From contig CAYXXU010000002.1 in assembly GCA_964469155.1 (NCBI GenBank), forward strand, positions 26,365 through 90,364: 64,000 nucleotides of DNA, written 5' to 3'. Numbering within the stretch: the first letter of the stretch is position 1; each line of letters starts with the position of its first letter. This stretch comes from an uncultured Bacteroidales bacterium (lineage in GTDB: Bacteria > Bacteroidota > Bacteroidia > Bacteroidales > CAIWKO01). Below, piece after piece: positions 26,582 through 35,434 of this stretch. A program made the translations under genes and the position numbers. The notes beneath the pieces are model-generated. The model was not told the DNA's origin and did no database searches. It saw nothing but the letters and a program-made list of their open reading frames with translations.

Positions 26582-26600
26582 AACGGATTGCAAATCCGTT
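26582..26600 (-). terminator. Hairpin terminating the minus-strand cassette
   Basis: aacggatt-gca-aatccgtt forms an 8-bp stem. On the minus strand it is followed by tgtcttttcttatt. It lies 46 nt after the stop at 26646, between convergent units. Confidence 0.55.
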
Positions 26601-26645
26601 CGAGCGGGGTAAAATAATATCTCCAATGAAGTTTAAAAAAGCATA

Positions 26646-27224
26646 TCACTCATACTTATGAAGAGGGATATAAAGAGTGTCAGTGTATTTTTTTATTGTA
26701 TCATTATTTAATGTTGAGTGTCGGATAATCTCTATGCAATTCTTATGATTTTCATTTTGTTTATTAGACAAGGAATTTATTCCATAAATTACAGTTATAA
26801 ATATCGCAAAAAGAAATGATATTGCTTGAAGAATTGAAAATAACCTAATGTTACCTTTATTAATATTTATTTCGCAACACTCATCATTATTTATTTCAGG
26901 TTTTTGAACTTCAGCAGGTTCGACAGATTTTTGCTTGTCTTTGTGATTTTTCTCTTTTTTGTTGGTTTGCTTATTTTGTTTATTCCATTCACTTAATGGT
27001 TGTAAGGTTCCTGTTAGAGCCATTAACGTAAAAACCCCAAAAATTATTGAAAATAAAAATAAACCCCAAGCTACCATTAAAAGAATTTTGGTAGAAGTAT
27101 CCGCTCCTCCAATAATTTCTTTTGAGAATGTTACTGTAATGGTAATTATTGCAGTTGAAATTGTGATAAGTTGTTTTGTCGTTTCAGATGCAAAATCAAA
27201 TGCTTTTTTTTGATTTTCTTTCAT
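26646..27224 (-). CDS. Hypothetical membrane protein (3 TM segments, Lys-rich loop)
   Basis: 192 aa. Two N-terminal hydrophobic helices are followed by a K/N/Q-rich linker and then a C-terminal helix (LFSILQAISFLFAIFITVIYGI). Confidence 0.65.
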   Translation of the reverse strand: MKENQKKAFDFASETTKQLITISTAIITITVTFSKEIIGGADTSTKILLMVAWGLFLFSIIFGVFTLMALTGTLQPLSEWNKQNKQTNKKEKNHKDKQKSVEPAEVQKPEINNDECCEININKGNIRLFSILQAISFLFAIFITVIYGINSLSNKQNENHKNCIEIIRHSTLNNDTIKKYTDTLYIPLHKYE

Positions 27225-27241
27225 TTTTATCAGCTAACAAT

Positions 27242-27544
27242 TTAACAAAATGGCCATAATGGGCATAGGCTAAATCTAGCATCTGAAAAAGTTTTTGAAT
27301 CTAGGCTTTCAGTCAGACTTCTTTTTATTCCTTCTTTTGCCATAGCATCAATTAATTTTACTAAATTAATTTCAGCAAGACTTTTTCTATTGGCATCGGC
27401 TAAATCTGAATCACTCATTTTATCAACTCCACTATCAATAAATGCCTTTAAATTGATTGAAGTTAAAGAATTGAAATTAAAATTTTGTTGTTTAATCCTT
27501 TTTTCAGCAGCATCATAGAGATGTTTTTTAAAAATTTCTTTCAT
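27242..27544 (-). CDS. Hypothetical 100-aa protein ending in CPLWPFC
   Basis: The gap to the downstream membrane-protein gene is 17 nt. It is predicted helical, with no recognisable family. Confidence 0.55.
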   Translation of the reverse strand: MKEIFKKHLYDAAEKRIKQQNFNFNSLTSINLKAFIDSGVDKMSDSDLADANRKSLAEINLVKLIDAMAKEGIKRSLTESLDSKTFSDARFSLCPLWPFC

Positions 27545-27727
27545 TTTATTTTAGTTTTAGGTTAATATCCGTTTTTTCCAGTGGTATCTGGTCTCCACTT
27601 TATTTTACATCAAAAATAATATATTTCTAATTCAATCAAAAAAAATTAACATAAAAAAAAAACTCCCGCCGCCCACCAACTAGCAACGGAAGTTTTTCCA
27701 TTTTTTACCTTGAGCGTAGTCGAAGGG

Positions 27728-27862
27728 TCAATTTTTCTTCTTCTTAATCTTCTCCATAACCCCCGAATATTTTTTCATTTCCCTCCAAACCTCATCTCTT
27801 GCTATCACAGCCTTAACCCAATCTCCCATCGCCTTCTCAACATTCTTCAATTCCGTCTTCAT
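27728..27862 (-). CDS. Possible 44-aa ORF (below ORF-track cutoff)
   Basis: My own translation gives MKTELKNVEKAMGDWVKAVIARDEVWREMKKYSGVMEKIKKKKN. It has the same orientation as the cassette. No other support. Confidence 0.25.
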   Translation of the reverse strand: MKTELKNVEKAMGDWVKAVIARDEVWREMKKYSGVMEKIKKKKN

Positions 27863-27998
27863 AATTCTGACTTCTTAATTCTTCATTCCTATAACTATAG
27901 GCACTCCCAACTTCCTCCTCTATGTGTCCTTATGTCGTCTTTTTTCTATGTTTCTATGTGTCTATGTGGTGAATTTTCAACTCCAAACTCCAAACTTC

Positions 27999-28757
27999 CT
28001 ACTTCTTCGGCGTTGTAAACTTTATCTTTGCTGCAGCATGAAATTCCACACTATCTCCTCCAAATATCGATTTAAATGAATTACGTATTTTACTGGCCAA
28101 TTCATTACCTCCCTTGTCAACTTCATACATAGATTTATTTCTTGCATTTCTTTTAACATCCATCACAGGCTTCTGCAAATTCACATCATCGTTTTTCTTT
28201 TTCAGGTCTATCAGCCAAAGTTTTAAATTCGCTACTTTCAGCACATCAATTTGTGTAGTATAATTTGGCTCATTTTCCAACATACCTATCAACTCACCTA
28301 AATGCCCCAGTTTATCATCTATTCCTGTCTGAGCTGCCGATATTTGTTCTATACTATCTTCAGTCGGAACACCTTCTGGCACTCCTGGCTCTGCAACTAA
28401 TGTTTTTAATTTAGGGGTAGCCCTCACACCTTGAATATTCTTAACTCTCGACTTTACGTCTGCTTTAAATTCAGGAGTAACATTACAAGCCTGAACTTCA
28501 TTATTTACTCTTGTCAACAGCGGATTCACAGCCTTCATGGCATTTCCTCTGAAATTTACCAGGGCAGCCCACTTCACTGCCTCATCAAAGAATTTTCCAA
28601 TCGCTGCATCTATTTCATCATGCTTCACTAAAATATTGGCAGCAGTCAAACTGCTGTCTGCAGGTGTCCAGGCTGCTCCTTGAGCCAATATCATTCCATA
28701 AAGCTTAAATAATCCTTCACAATTCTGTAAATAACCTGTTTGATAAATTTTTCCCAT
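27999..28757 (-). CDS. Hypothetical protein, paralogue of 28861-29607
   Basis: 252 aa. It shares length and a central block (...AAQTGIDDKLGHLGELIGMLENEPNYTTQIDVLKVANLKLWL...) with the upstream gene (...SQAGFVNKVSNLEVLVKLYTNDGNYATNEDILKLTSLATLI...). Confidence 0.7.
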   Translation of the reverse strand: MGKIYQTGYLQNCEGLFKLYGMILAQGAAWTPADSSLTAANILVKHDEIDAAIGKFFDEAVKWAALVNFRGNAMKAVNPLLTRVNNEVQACNVTPEFKADVKSRVKNIQGVRATPKLKTLVAEPGVPEGVPTEDSIEQISAAQTGIDDKLGHLGELIGMLENEPNYTTQIDVLKVANLKLWLIDLKKKNDDVNLQKPVMDVKRNARNKSMYEVDKGGNELASKIRNSFKSIFGGDSVEFHAAAKIKFTTPKK

Positions 28758-28794
28758 GGCTAATAGTTTTTAAATTAATAATATTTTTTCCTAC

Positions 28795-28864
28795 TTTGAA
28801 CTTTAAACTTTAAACTTTAAACTTTGAACTCCAAACTCCGAACTCCACACTCCAAACTTCCTAC
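28795..28864. repeat. 7-nt-period 'morphing' tandem tract (10 units)
   Basis: tttgaac tttaaac tttaaac tttaaac tttgaac tccaaac tccgaac tccacac tccaaac ttcctac. The last unit overlaps the stop codon of the upstream gene. Confidence 0.9.
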
Positions 28865-29607
28865 AGCGTTTCCTGCGCCTTCTTCATTCTCATAATTCTC
28901 TTCATCGGAACTCCAACAATATATTTCGCTTCTGTCGATCTCGCTCCGTAAACGGATTTCACATATTCTTTACAGGCCAGCGAAATATCAATAATCCCGT
29001 TTTCTTCTTCGTACAAAGCATAATTTCTCAACTGTCTTTTCTTTATCGTTTCCGAATTCGATATTTCTACAGCCTTATTGGCATTTTTCAAATTTGCAAT
29101 TAAGGTTGCCAGGCTCGTTAGTTTCAAAATATCCTCATTAGTCGCATAATTTCCGTCATTCGTATACAACTTCACCAAAACCTCCAGATTGCTAACCTTA
29201 TTCACAAAACCAGCCTGACTTTGACTCACATGATTCGGATCCGGCAATCCGTTTTCCATTGTCTTTATTTTTTTTACTTTCCCTCTGATTTTATTAACTA
29301 AACTTTTTGCATCTTTTATCGCATTCTTGCTTGCCTTGGAAGCTTTAAAAGCGCTAATGGTTCTGCTAACAATCAAACTCATTTGCTTAAACAAAACCTC
29401 CCTCGTATTAATCAAGGTCCTGGTAGCCTCTAAGCTATTCACAAAATCACTTTGTAAGGTAGTAACAGCATTAAATTGATCTGTCATTTTCGCCAAAGTA
29501 ATTTCTAACAATATTGGATTATAATTCGTCCCGAATTCTCCGCATCGGGTTATAATGATAAAGTAATTTGCTATCGTATTTTCTATTGTATTTTCTGTTG
29601 ATCCCAT
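28861..29607 (-). CDS. Hypothetical protein, paralogue of 27999-28757
   Basis: 248 aa and first gene of the minus-strand cassette. A -7 box lies 22 nt upstream. Confidence 0.7.
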   Translation of the reverse strand: MGSTENTIENTIANYFIIITRCGEFGTNYNPILLEITLAKMTDQFNAVTTLQSDFVNSLEATRTLINTREVLFKQMSLIVSRTISAFKASKASKNAIKDAKSLVNKIRGKVKKIKTMENGLPDPNHVSQSQAGFVNKVSNLEVLVKLYTNDGNYATNEDILKLTSLATLIANLKNANKAVEISNSETIKKRQLRNYALYEEENGIIDISLACKEYVKSVYGARSTEAKYIVGVPMKRIMRMKKAQETL

Positions 29608-29629
29608 AATGTTAAAATATTTAATGGCT

Positions 29630-29637
29630 CAAAGATA
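29630..29637 (-). promoter_or_regulatory. Bacteroidota -7 box for the minus-strand cassette
   Basis: Plus strand reads caaagata, which is TAtcTTTG in reverse complement. It lies 22 nt upstream of the ATG at 29607. Confidence 0.5.
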
Positions 29638-30085
29638 TTAAACTTTATTAACAAAAAAACTTTTTCATAAAAAAAATTATATTTTTTCTAAAATAATAAC
29701 CCTTAGGCATATTAAACCTTATATCGCCAATGAAAAATAATTTTAAACGTAAGAATCAAAAAAATTATACCACAATTTAAATTCGCATCTCAAACACTAT
29801 ATTTTAGACATACTACAACAAATATTTTATACTTTTTATTATTTTTAGTCGATATAAAAAAGCAAATTATTTCCTCATTTTCTGAAAAATTTCACACTTT
29901 TTCAGATTTATTATAGAATTAATCGCCAATATTCCTGCTAAAATCAAATAAATTCATCAAAAAATCAATTAAAGCCACCAAATAAACAAATTAAGCCATT
30001 AATAAAATACTTTTCTCTCTCCATTGATTACTTTTTAACAACATAAAAACACATTTTCTGAAAAAAAAAATTATTTTAGGGTTTC

Positions 30086-30400
30086 GTGGGTTGTGATATG
30101 CTTCTTGCGGAGTGGAATATGCCATTAGCGGAGTGGAATACGCTTCTTGCGGAGTGGAATTCGCCCTTTGCGGGGTGGAATTCTCCCTTTGCGGGGTGGA
30201 ATTCTCCCTTTGCGGAGTAGAATTCTCCCTTTGCGGAGTGGAATTCGTCATTTGCGGAATGGAATTTTCCATTTGCGGAATGGAATATGTTCCTTGCGGA
30301 GTGGTATATTCCATTTGCGGAGTGGAATATGTCTCTTGCGGGCTCTGTTTTACCTCTTGCGGGTTCGCTTTTATCTTTTTCCGCTTAGGTTACACCTTTT
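30086..30400. repeat. 21-bp tandem array B (about 15 units)
   Basis: Units are in exact register from 30086. Consensus is gcggagtggaattctcccttt. The terminal units are degenerate. The array begins about 40 nt downstream of the SUI1 stop (minus strand). Confidence 0.95.
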
Positions 30401-30440
30401 TCAGAAACTGCTATAACGTTTTTTATTGTAAATAAAGATC

Positions 30441-30782
30441 TTATCCCCCTGCCTTCTTGGCTTTATAACCTTTTTCCAGCAATATTTGCAATATCTTATC
30501 CCGCCAATCCCCCTGTACAATAATCTCCCCATCCTTAGCCGAACCGCCCGTACCGCATTTTGTTTTCAGCAGCCGGCCCAGGGCTTCCAGATCCTCCTGC
30601 TTCCCCACAAAGCCCTTTATTACACAGGCAGTCTTCCCGCCCCGGTGCTTCTTCTCCAAAAATATCCTCAACTCCTGTTGTGGCGGAGGCACGGTTTCAG
30701 TTTCCACCTGGTGTGGATCGGTATAATTAAAATCGGGATTCGTCGAATACACTATCCCGCCGGTATTTTTATTTTTCGCCAT
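30441..30782 (-). CDS. yciH: SUI1/YciH-family translation initiation factor
   Basis: Start taken at MAKNKNTGGIVYSTNPDF. The sequence ...RIFLEKKHRGGKTACVIKGF...KCGTGGSAKDGEIIVQGDWR is canonical SUI1. Confidence 0.88.
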   Translation of the reverse strand: MAKNKNTGGIVYSTNPDFNYTDPHQVETETVPPPQQELRIFLEKKHRGGKTACVIKGFVGKQEDLEALGRLLKTKCGTGGSAKDGEIIVQGDWRDKILQILLEKGYKAKKAGG

Positions 30783-30893
30783 CTCTAATAAGCAATGTAA
30801 GCAATTCAACAATTTAGCAATGCAACAATCTAACAATCCAACATAATACTTAAGGCACTCAAGGCACTTAAGGCACTCAAGGCACTTCTTCCC

Positions 30894-32270
30894 TCAAAGT
30901 TTCCTCACCTTCTTCCAGGTGGCTTTCTCTTGCGGGAAACCAATATCGCTTTCCTTCAGATCCTTGTACCACAACTTCAGTTTAGTGCGAAACGCAACAG
31001 CCCCGTCGCCCGTGTACCATTCTTCTATTTTCGATCTGAAAACCTCAACCGCCAACGCTGTCTTATCAAGCGACCACAACATAAATCCCTTGCTCAGATA
31101 AAGGTTCAGCATTTCATTTTTCGAAGGATTCTTTTGGGCAAGCTTGTCTAAATACAACAAACCCTTTTCGGTAACATCGGGCTGCTGCAGTTTCAGACAA
31201 TAAAAAGTCAGGTGCTGCTGATACCATTCCGGACTTAAGGGTTTATCAGCATAATCTATCTTCTGAAATATCAGCTTCAGGGCATCTGAGCGGCTGCTCC
31301 CGGTCCAGCGCCATTCTATATCGTTTTCGGTAATTCGGTTCGCCAGCAAGGTGATATTGACCCCGGCTGAATCTCTGAAAACAGCGGTCGAACTGTTATT
31401 GATAAAGCCTTCGTAAGCTTCAATGGTATTTTGTTTCGCTGCTACAATGAAATTCACACTATCGGCCTTAAACATTTTGATCTCCTGTATGCGGCTCAGG
31501 GCTCTTTCGGCCAGTACATCGCCCGGAAACTTCTTCACAAAAGCCTGGTAAGCTTCTATGGTGTTGCATTTATTGAAAATATTTTCCCTGGCTGAGGCCA
31601 ACAGGGGTTCGTTCGGGTATCGTTTTTCCAGTTCGTCGTAAGTGTAATAATCTTTGCAGGCAGTAAACAACCGGGTCATCTCTTCATGAATTTGTTCTCT
31701 CTGTATCTGATAGGCCTTATCCACAGTAATTTTATTAAACAAAAAACCATAATAAATATCCACCGGGGCAACACTATCGGGGGCAAAGGAATCCTCCCTA
31801 CCGTGTTTTTCCAGCCACCATCTTAATTTTGCCGGTGTTACATAAGGTTCTATTGAATTTCTCAGCAATTGCACCTGAAGTTCGTTATTGAAAAACGAAC
31901 TGATCTTTAAAAACGAATAATTCTCGCCCATGTCTATATTCAGGTACCTGTCTTCGTTTATAATACTCATGTGGGCATCCACTTTCACATCTTCCAGATC
32001 AAGCTCCACAGCCAAAAAGGTCAGTTGGTAAGTAAAATCATCTTTTTTCGAAATGATCACCGGCAGCGAATTGTAAACATATCCGCCCAACAACTGCATA
32101 TCGACAGCAATATTTTTTTTGCTTAAAGGTTCTTTCGATTTATAACCATATTTTTCAATGGCTTTAAAAAAATCTCTTATTTCTTTTCCGCACGAGCTTG
32201 TCAGTGCAAAAACAATCAGGCTTGCAACCAATATACCCGAAAATCTGAATATTTTCTTGTTTACTACCAT
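30894..32270 (-). CDS. Hypothetical lipoprotein
   Basis: 458 aa. Signal peptide with lipobox LTSSC. No enzymatic motif was recognised. Confidence 0.65.
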   Translation of the reverse strand: MVVNKKIFRFSGILVASLIVFALTSSCGKEIRDFFKAIEKYGYKSKEPLSKKNIAVDMQLLGGYVYNSLPVIISKKDDFTYQLTFLAVELDLEDVKVDAHMSIINEDRYLNIDMGENYSFLKISSFFNNELQVQLLRNSIEPYVTPAKLRWWLEKHGREDSFAPDSVAPVDIYYGFLFNKITVDKAYQIQREQIHEEMTRLFTACKDYYTYDELEKRYPNEPLLASARENIFNKCNTIEAYQAFVKKFPGDVLAERALSRIQEIKMFKADSVNFIVAAKQNTIEAYEGFINNSSTAVFRDSAGVNITLLANRITENDIEWRWTGSSRSDALKLIFQKIDYADKPLSPEWYQQHLTFYCLKLQQPDVTEKGLLYLDKLAQKNPSKNEMLNLYLSKGFMLWSLDKTALAVEVFRSKIEEWYTGDGAVAFRTKLKLWYKDLKESDIGFPQEKATWKKVRKL

Positions 32271-32360
32271 GGCAAAGCAATTTTATGGGTATAAAAATAA
32301 GATTAATTGAATAATGCCATAATGCTTATTCAAAAATATTTCTATTTAAAAGCCTAAGTC

Positions 32361-32741
32361 CTAATGTTTCGAAATATCCGTTATCACGGCAGGAATGCCA
32401 TGCGAACAACCTTCGGGGTTTTTAATTCTTGAAAGAGTGTAATTAAAAAAGATGGTTAGCCCGTCCTTATCAAATTCTTCAGGTATTGTACTTATCGGAA
32501 TTAATACCAGTGGGTTGGCTGCATCTTCGGTTTTCACCACCACCACGGTATTGCAACCGGTGGCTCTGTATTCGTGCGATACTTTTCCCTGTGATTTCGC
32601 AGGAACCTTCGTCGAACCACTCCAGGTATCCACCGTCTCGGTGGGGGGGGTTGTGGCTGTTTGCGCCTGAGTTTTTGATTTGGTTTTGCATGAAGTTACT
32701 GCCAGCAGCAATAAGGCCAGGAAGATTACAAGATTTTTCAT
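32361..32741 (-). CDS. Small hypothetical lipoprotein
   Basis: Start taken at MKNLVIFLALLLLAVTSC (lipobox). Confidence 0.6.
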   Translation of the reverse strand: MKNLVIFLALLLLAVTSCKTKSKTQAQTATTPPTETVDTWSGSTKVPAKSQGKVSHEYRATGCNTVVVVKTEDAANPLVLIPISTIPEEFDKDGLTIFFNYTLSRIKNPEGCSHGIPAVITDISKH

Positions 32742-32758
32742 AATATTAAGATAAAAAA

Positions 32759-32803
32759 AAACACTCAAACCTTTTTCATTCATCCGAATGGATTTGAGTG
32801 TTT
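32759..32803 (-). terminator. Hairpin with flanking A/T tracts after the 637-aa T9SS cargo gene
   Basis: 11-bp stem aaacactcaaa / tttgagtgttt, with a T-run on the minus strand (plus-strand A-run 32752-32760). Confidence 0.6.
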
Positions 32804-32828
32804 TTTAATGAACAAATTTTATGCCTGA

Positions 32829-34691
32829 TTATTCAATCACCACTTTGGTAACTTTCTGGAAACTGGTATTGGGCTCACCCACTCTCACCAGGTAGGTTCC
32901 TGCTGCCAGCCCGGTAACATTAAATGAAGTTTCAAACCCGTTAGCAACCGGAACAATGTTTTTGCCATTAACTTTTTGTCCGTTAATGTCAAAAAGGTCA
33001 ACCACCATTTGATTGTTCGAAGGCAGATGACTGGCATTAACATTGAGATCAAAACCTGATTTATAAACAACAACACCCGGAGCATTCTGAGCTTTTTCTT
33101 CTTCTATGCCAACGTATAAAGGAATCTGAAAAGAAAAGATCCATGTGCCATAAGCACCGCTTCCTGCACCGTATTCACCGGTATGCCAGAATGTAATACC
33201 ATCTGAAGGGTCGAGGGAAGTATGGGTATAATCACCAAAGCGCATCGAACATGCAGAAATTGCTCCTGTTCCAAGTTTAGCTGTTGTTTCTGCAAACGAC
33301 ATAGATCCCAGAGGTGTATCAACAGGCCTGCGACCGGTATAACGAATACTTGGGTATACATTTCCACCAGTACCTCCAGTCCCTGTAACTGCGTAAGCCA
33401 TCCCTATTGAGCCATTATCGTCCATAGCAATACTGCCACACCAGCGACTCAATCCATCGCTTGGAGCATAAGTGCCTTCCTGATATAGACTCCAAACTCC
33501 GGCTGTTTGTCTGAGTTCTGCCCATTTAATTCCTCTTAAGGTCCCAACTTTAACACTCCAGCAAAGGACAACTGAATTATAGCCTGTCCAAACCCTGTAT
33601 GGAGCCCTGAAAGTGAGAACACCACCAATAGCATCTAATTTTTGTGAGCTGCCATATTGTGTGATATCAAGCCAGCTCCCATTATATGATGCATCAAATG
33701 CCTGAGTTGCCAAAAAGGTTGGCCCGGTAAATGTAGCTGCTGGTGTGGTTCCCCATGTTGTAGCTAAACTGTACACGTTTATCCCATCCTGAAGTGAGGT
33801 ATATCCTGACCAGTTATTATCCTGATAAGCAAAAATAGGCATGGGAGTTCCGGTTGCCGGCAATTGTCCATCTGCATCCGCAGGTAAGGGGCAGAGAAAT
33901 CCACTGGTAGGAAGTGTGCTGGTGAAATTTTTTGTAATCATTCTTGCAGCTTGATTACCTAATAACATTTGTGCCCTTTCGAAGATTAAAACTTTTTGGG
34001 TGGATTGGTTCGATGTCATATAATAACCATCATGCCAGATGGAAAATTTTCCATAGTCGGGCATTTGAGATGAGGTAAAAGTAAAACAATAATACGATCC
34101 TGTTGGATCATTGGTCTGTGATACGGCAATATATACTTTATAGGAACTGCTAAATTTGAATTGAGCGATAAACCATCTGTCAGCAAATTTGTCATAAAGA
34201 ACTATTGGATCACCATCATTACTTACTGCTGGAGACCAGAGGTTGCCAAGTTGACGAACCGTTCCTACCTGAGCTCCGGTGGTTTTATTGAATATTTTAA
34301 AAGGGGTTGCATTTACAGCCTGAACATAATAATTGGTTCCTACTGCACCGGAAGGATCAGGTGGACAACTGCCATCAGATTGCCCTGCCCAGCCAACCAG
34401 TATTTTTGCCAGAAAATTACCCGGCTCAGTTTGAACATCGGTTAATACATCATTGTTTTCAACAAAGGCTTGTGGAATTCTGTTTTCATGATCTTTAGAT
34501 TCTTTCATCCCATTTGGTAATTCGATGAAATTAGTACTGGGAACATTTTCTTCAAACAGATCTTTTAAGGGTTTTGAAATGCTAAAATGTTCGCAGGTAA
34601 CTACTTCAACTTTACCTTCATCTTTTGATGTTTGTGCTGAAATTCCTGAAACGGTTAAAATAGCCGAAAAAAGTAAAATAAATTTTTTCAT
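32829..34691 (-). CDS. Secreted protein with T9SS C-terminal sorting domain
   Basis: Start taken at MKKFILLFSAILTVSGISAQ. The C-terminal ~80 aa are ...VVDLFDINGQKV...GTYLVRVGE...KVVIE. The function of the body is unknown. Confidence 0.75.
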   Translation of the reverse strand: MKKFILLFSAILTVSGISAQTSKDEGKVEVVTCEHFSISKPLKDLFEENVPSTNFIELPNGMKESKDHENRIPQAFVENNDVLTDVQTEPGNFLAKILVGWAGQSDGSCPPDPSGAVGTNYYVQAVNATPFKIFNKTTGAQVGTVRQLGNLWSPAVSNDGDPIVLYDKFADRWFIAQFKFSSSYKVYIAVSQTNDPTGSYYCFTFTSSQMPDYGKFSIWHDGYYMTSNQSTQKVLIFERAQMLLGNQAARMITKNFTSTLPTSGFLCPLPADADGQLPATGTPMPIFAYQDNNWSGYTSLQDGINVYSLATTWGTTPAATFTGPTFLATQAFDASYNGSWLDITQYGSSQKLDAIGGVLTFRAPYRVWTGYNSVVLCWSVKVGTLRGIKWAELRQTAGVWSLYQEGTYAPSDGLSRWCGSIAMDDNGSIGMAYAVTGTGGTGGNVYPSIRYTGRRPVDTPLGSMSFAETTAKLGTGAISACSMRFGDYTHTSLDPSDGITFWHTGEYGAGSGAYGTWIFSFQIPLYVGIEEEKAQNAPGVVVYKSGFDLNVNASHLPSNNQMVVDLFDINGQKVNGKNIVPVANGFETSFNVTGLAAGTYLVRVGEPNTSFQKVTKVVIE

Positions 34692-34850
34692 ATTGGTTGG
34701 AATAAATTTAGGAATGGTGTGTTTTTTGCAAAAATAAAACAAAAAATTTTAGGCAATTGTTATTTTGTCGTTAATTATTAACAGCTTGTAGCGATATTTT
34801 GCCCGCCTGTCTTTCTAAAAGATTTAGCTGCTTTTTAAATGCACTAACTT

Positions 34851-35252
34851 TTATTTTGTGTGCATGCTGAGAGCAGGTATTAAATATATTGGAATAATAG
34901 CCAATAAAACCCCTCCGAATACTATTGAATTTCCCGGATAAGCGAACTCGATAAGCGCTCGTATCAGGAAGAAGCCCGAAGAAATCATCAATATAGAACG
35001 GCCTAATTTCGAATTCACAACCCTTGAATTGTATCCCAACAGCATAAAACTGAACGAGAACATAAAGAAGCTGCATACAATATTAAGCATCTGCATGTTA
35101 TTACTATTGATTTGATTGAGTTTAAACAATTCAGATTGCCAGTCGAATAATATCCAGAATGAAAGATGAAACACTCCCATTACAATGTAAATTACACCTC
35201 CGATAATAACAAATGTTCTGCGAAACTGTTCAAATTTAGAGAGGCTGGCCAT
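34851..35252 (-). CDS. Hypothetical 4-TM membrane protein
   Basis: Start taken at MASLSKFEQFRR. Four hydrophobic helices. Confidence 0.55.
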   Translation of the reverse strand: MASLSKFEQFRRTFVIIGGVIYIVMGVFHLSFWILFDWQSELFKLNQINSNNMQMLNIVCSFFMFSFSFMLLGYNSRVVNSKLGRSILMISSGFFLIRALIEFAYPGNSIVFGGVLLAIIPIYLIPALSMHTK

Positions 35253-35410
35253 TATATTCTCTGTTAAAGTTAGTAAGTAAATTTGAAAGAGCAAAAATAC
35301 ATTTTCTTTTATTACCAGGCGAAATAATACCACTTATTAGTCCTATCGCTAAAATATCCAGCTTTGTAAATGTTTATTAAAATAATTCTCTGCAAGGTTT
35401 TCTAAATGCT

Positions 35411-35418
35411 TAAATTTG
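35411..35418 (+). promoter_or_regulatory. Bacteroidota -7 box upstream of fhs
   Basis: taaatttg matches TAnnTTTG, 17 nt upstream of the ATG. Confidence 0.55.
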
Positions 35419-35434
35419 TAAAACAAAAATTTTT

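Noticed and set aside
27710-28018. 102-aa plus-strand ORF
   Set aside because: It spans low-complexity intergenic repeats (ttcc/ctcc-type tracts) and runs against the orientation of the cassette. A short minus-strand ORF (27728-27862) is at least as plausible.
29991-30435. ORFs of 107, 107 and 89 aa (STPQREN..., CGVEFSL..., LPLRGGI... repeats)
   Set aside because: They are translation artefacts of array B, open on both strands.
9450-30450. The possibility that the two AT-rich islets are classical integrative elements or prophage
   Set aside because: No integrase or recombinase was found other than the small RAYT, which is outside both islets. No tRNA or tmRNA target, no phage structural genes and no obvious direct-repeat att sites were seen by eye.
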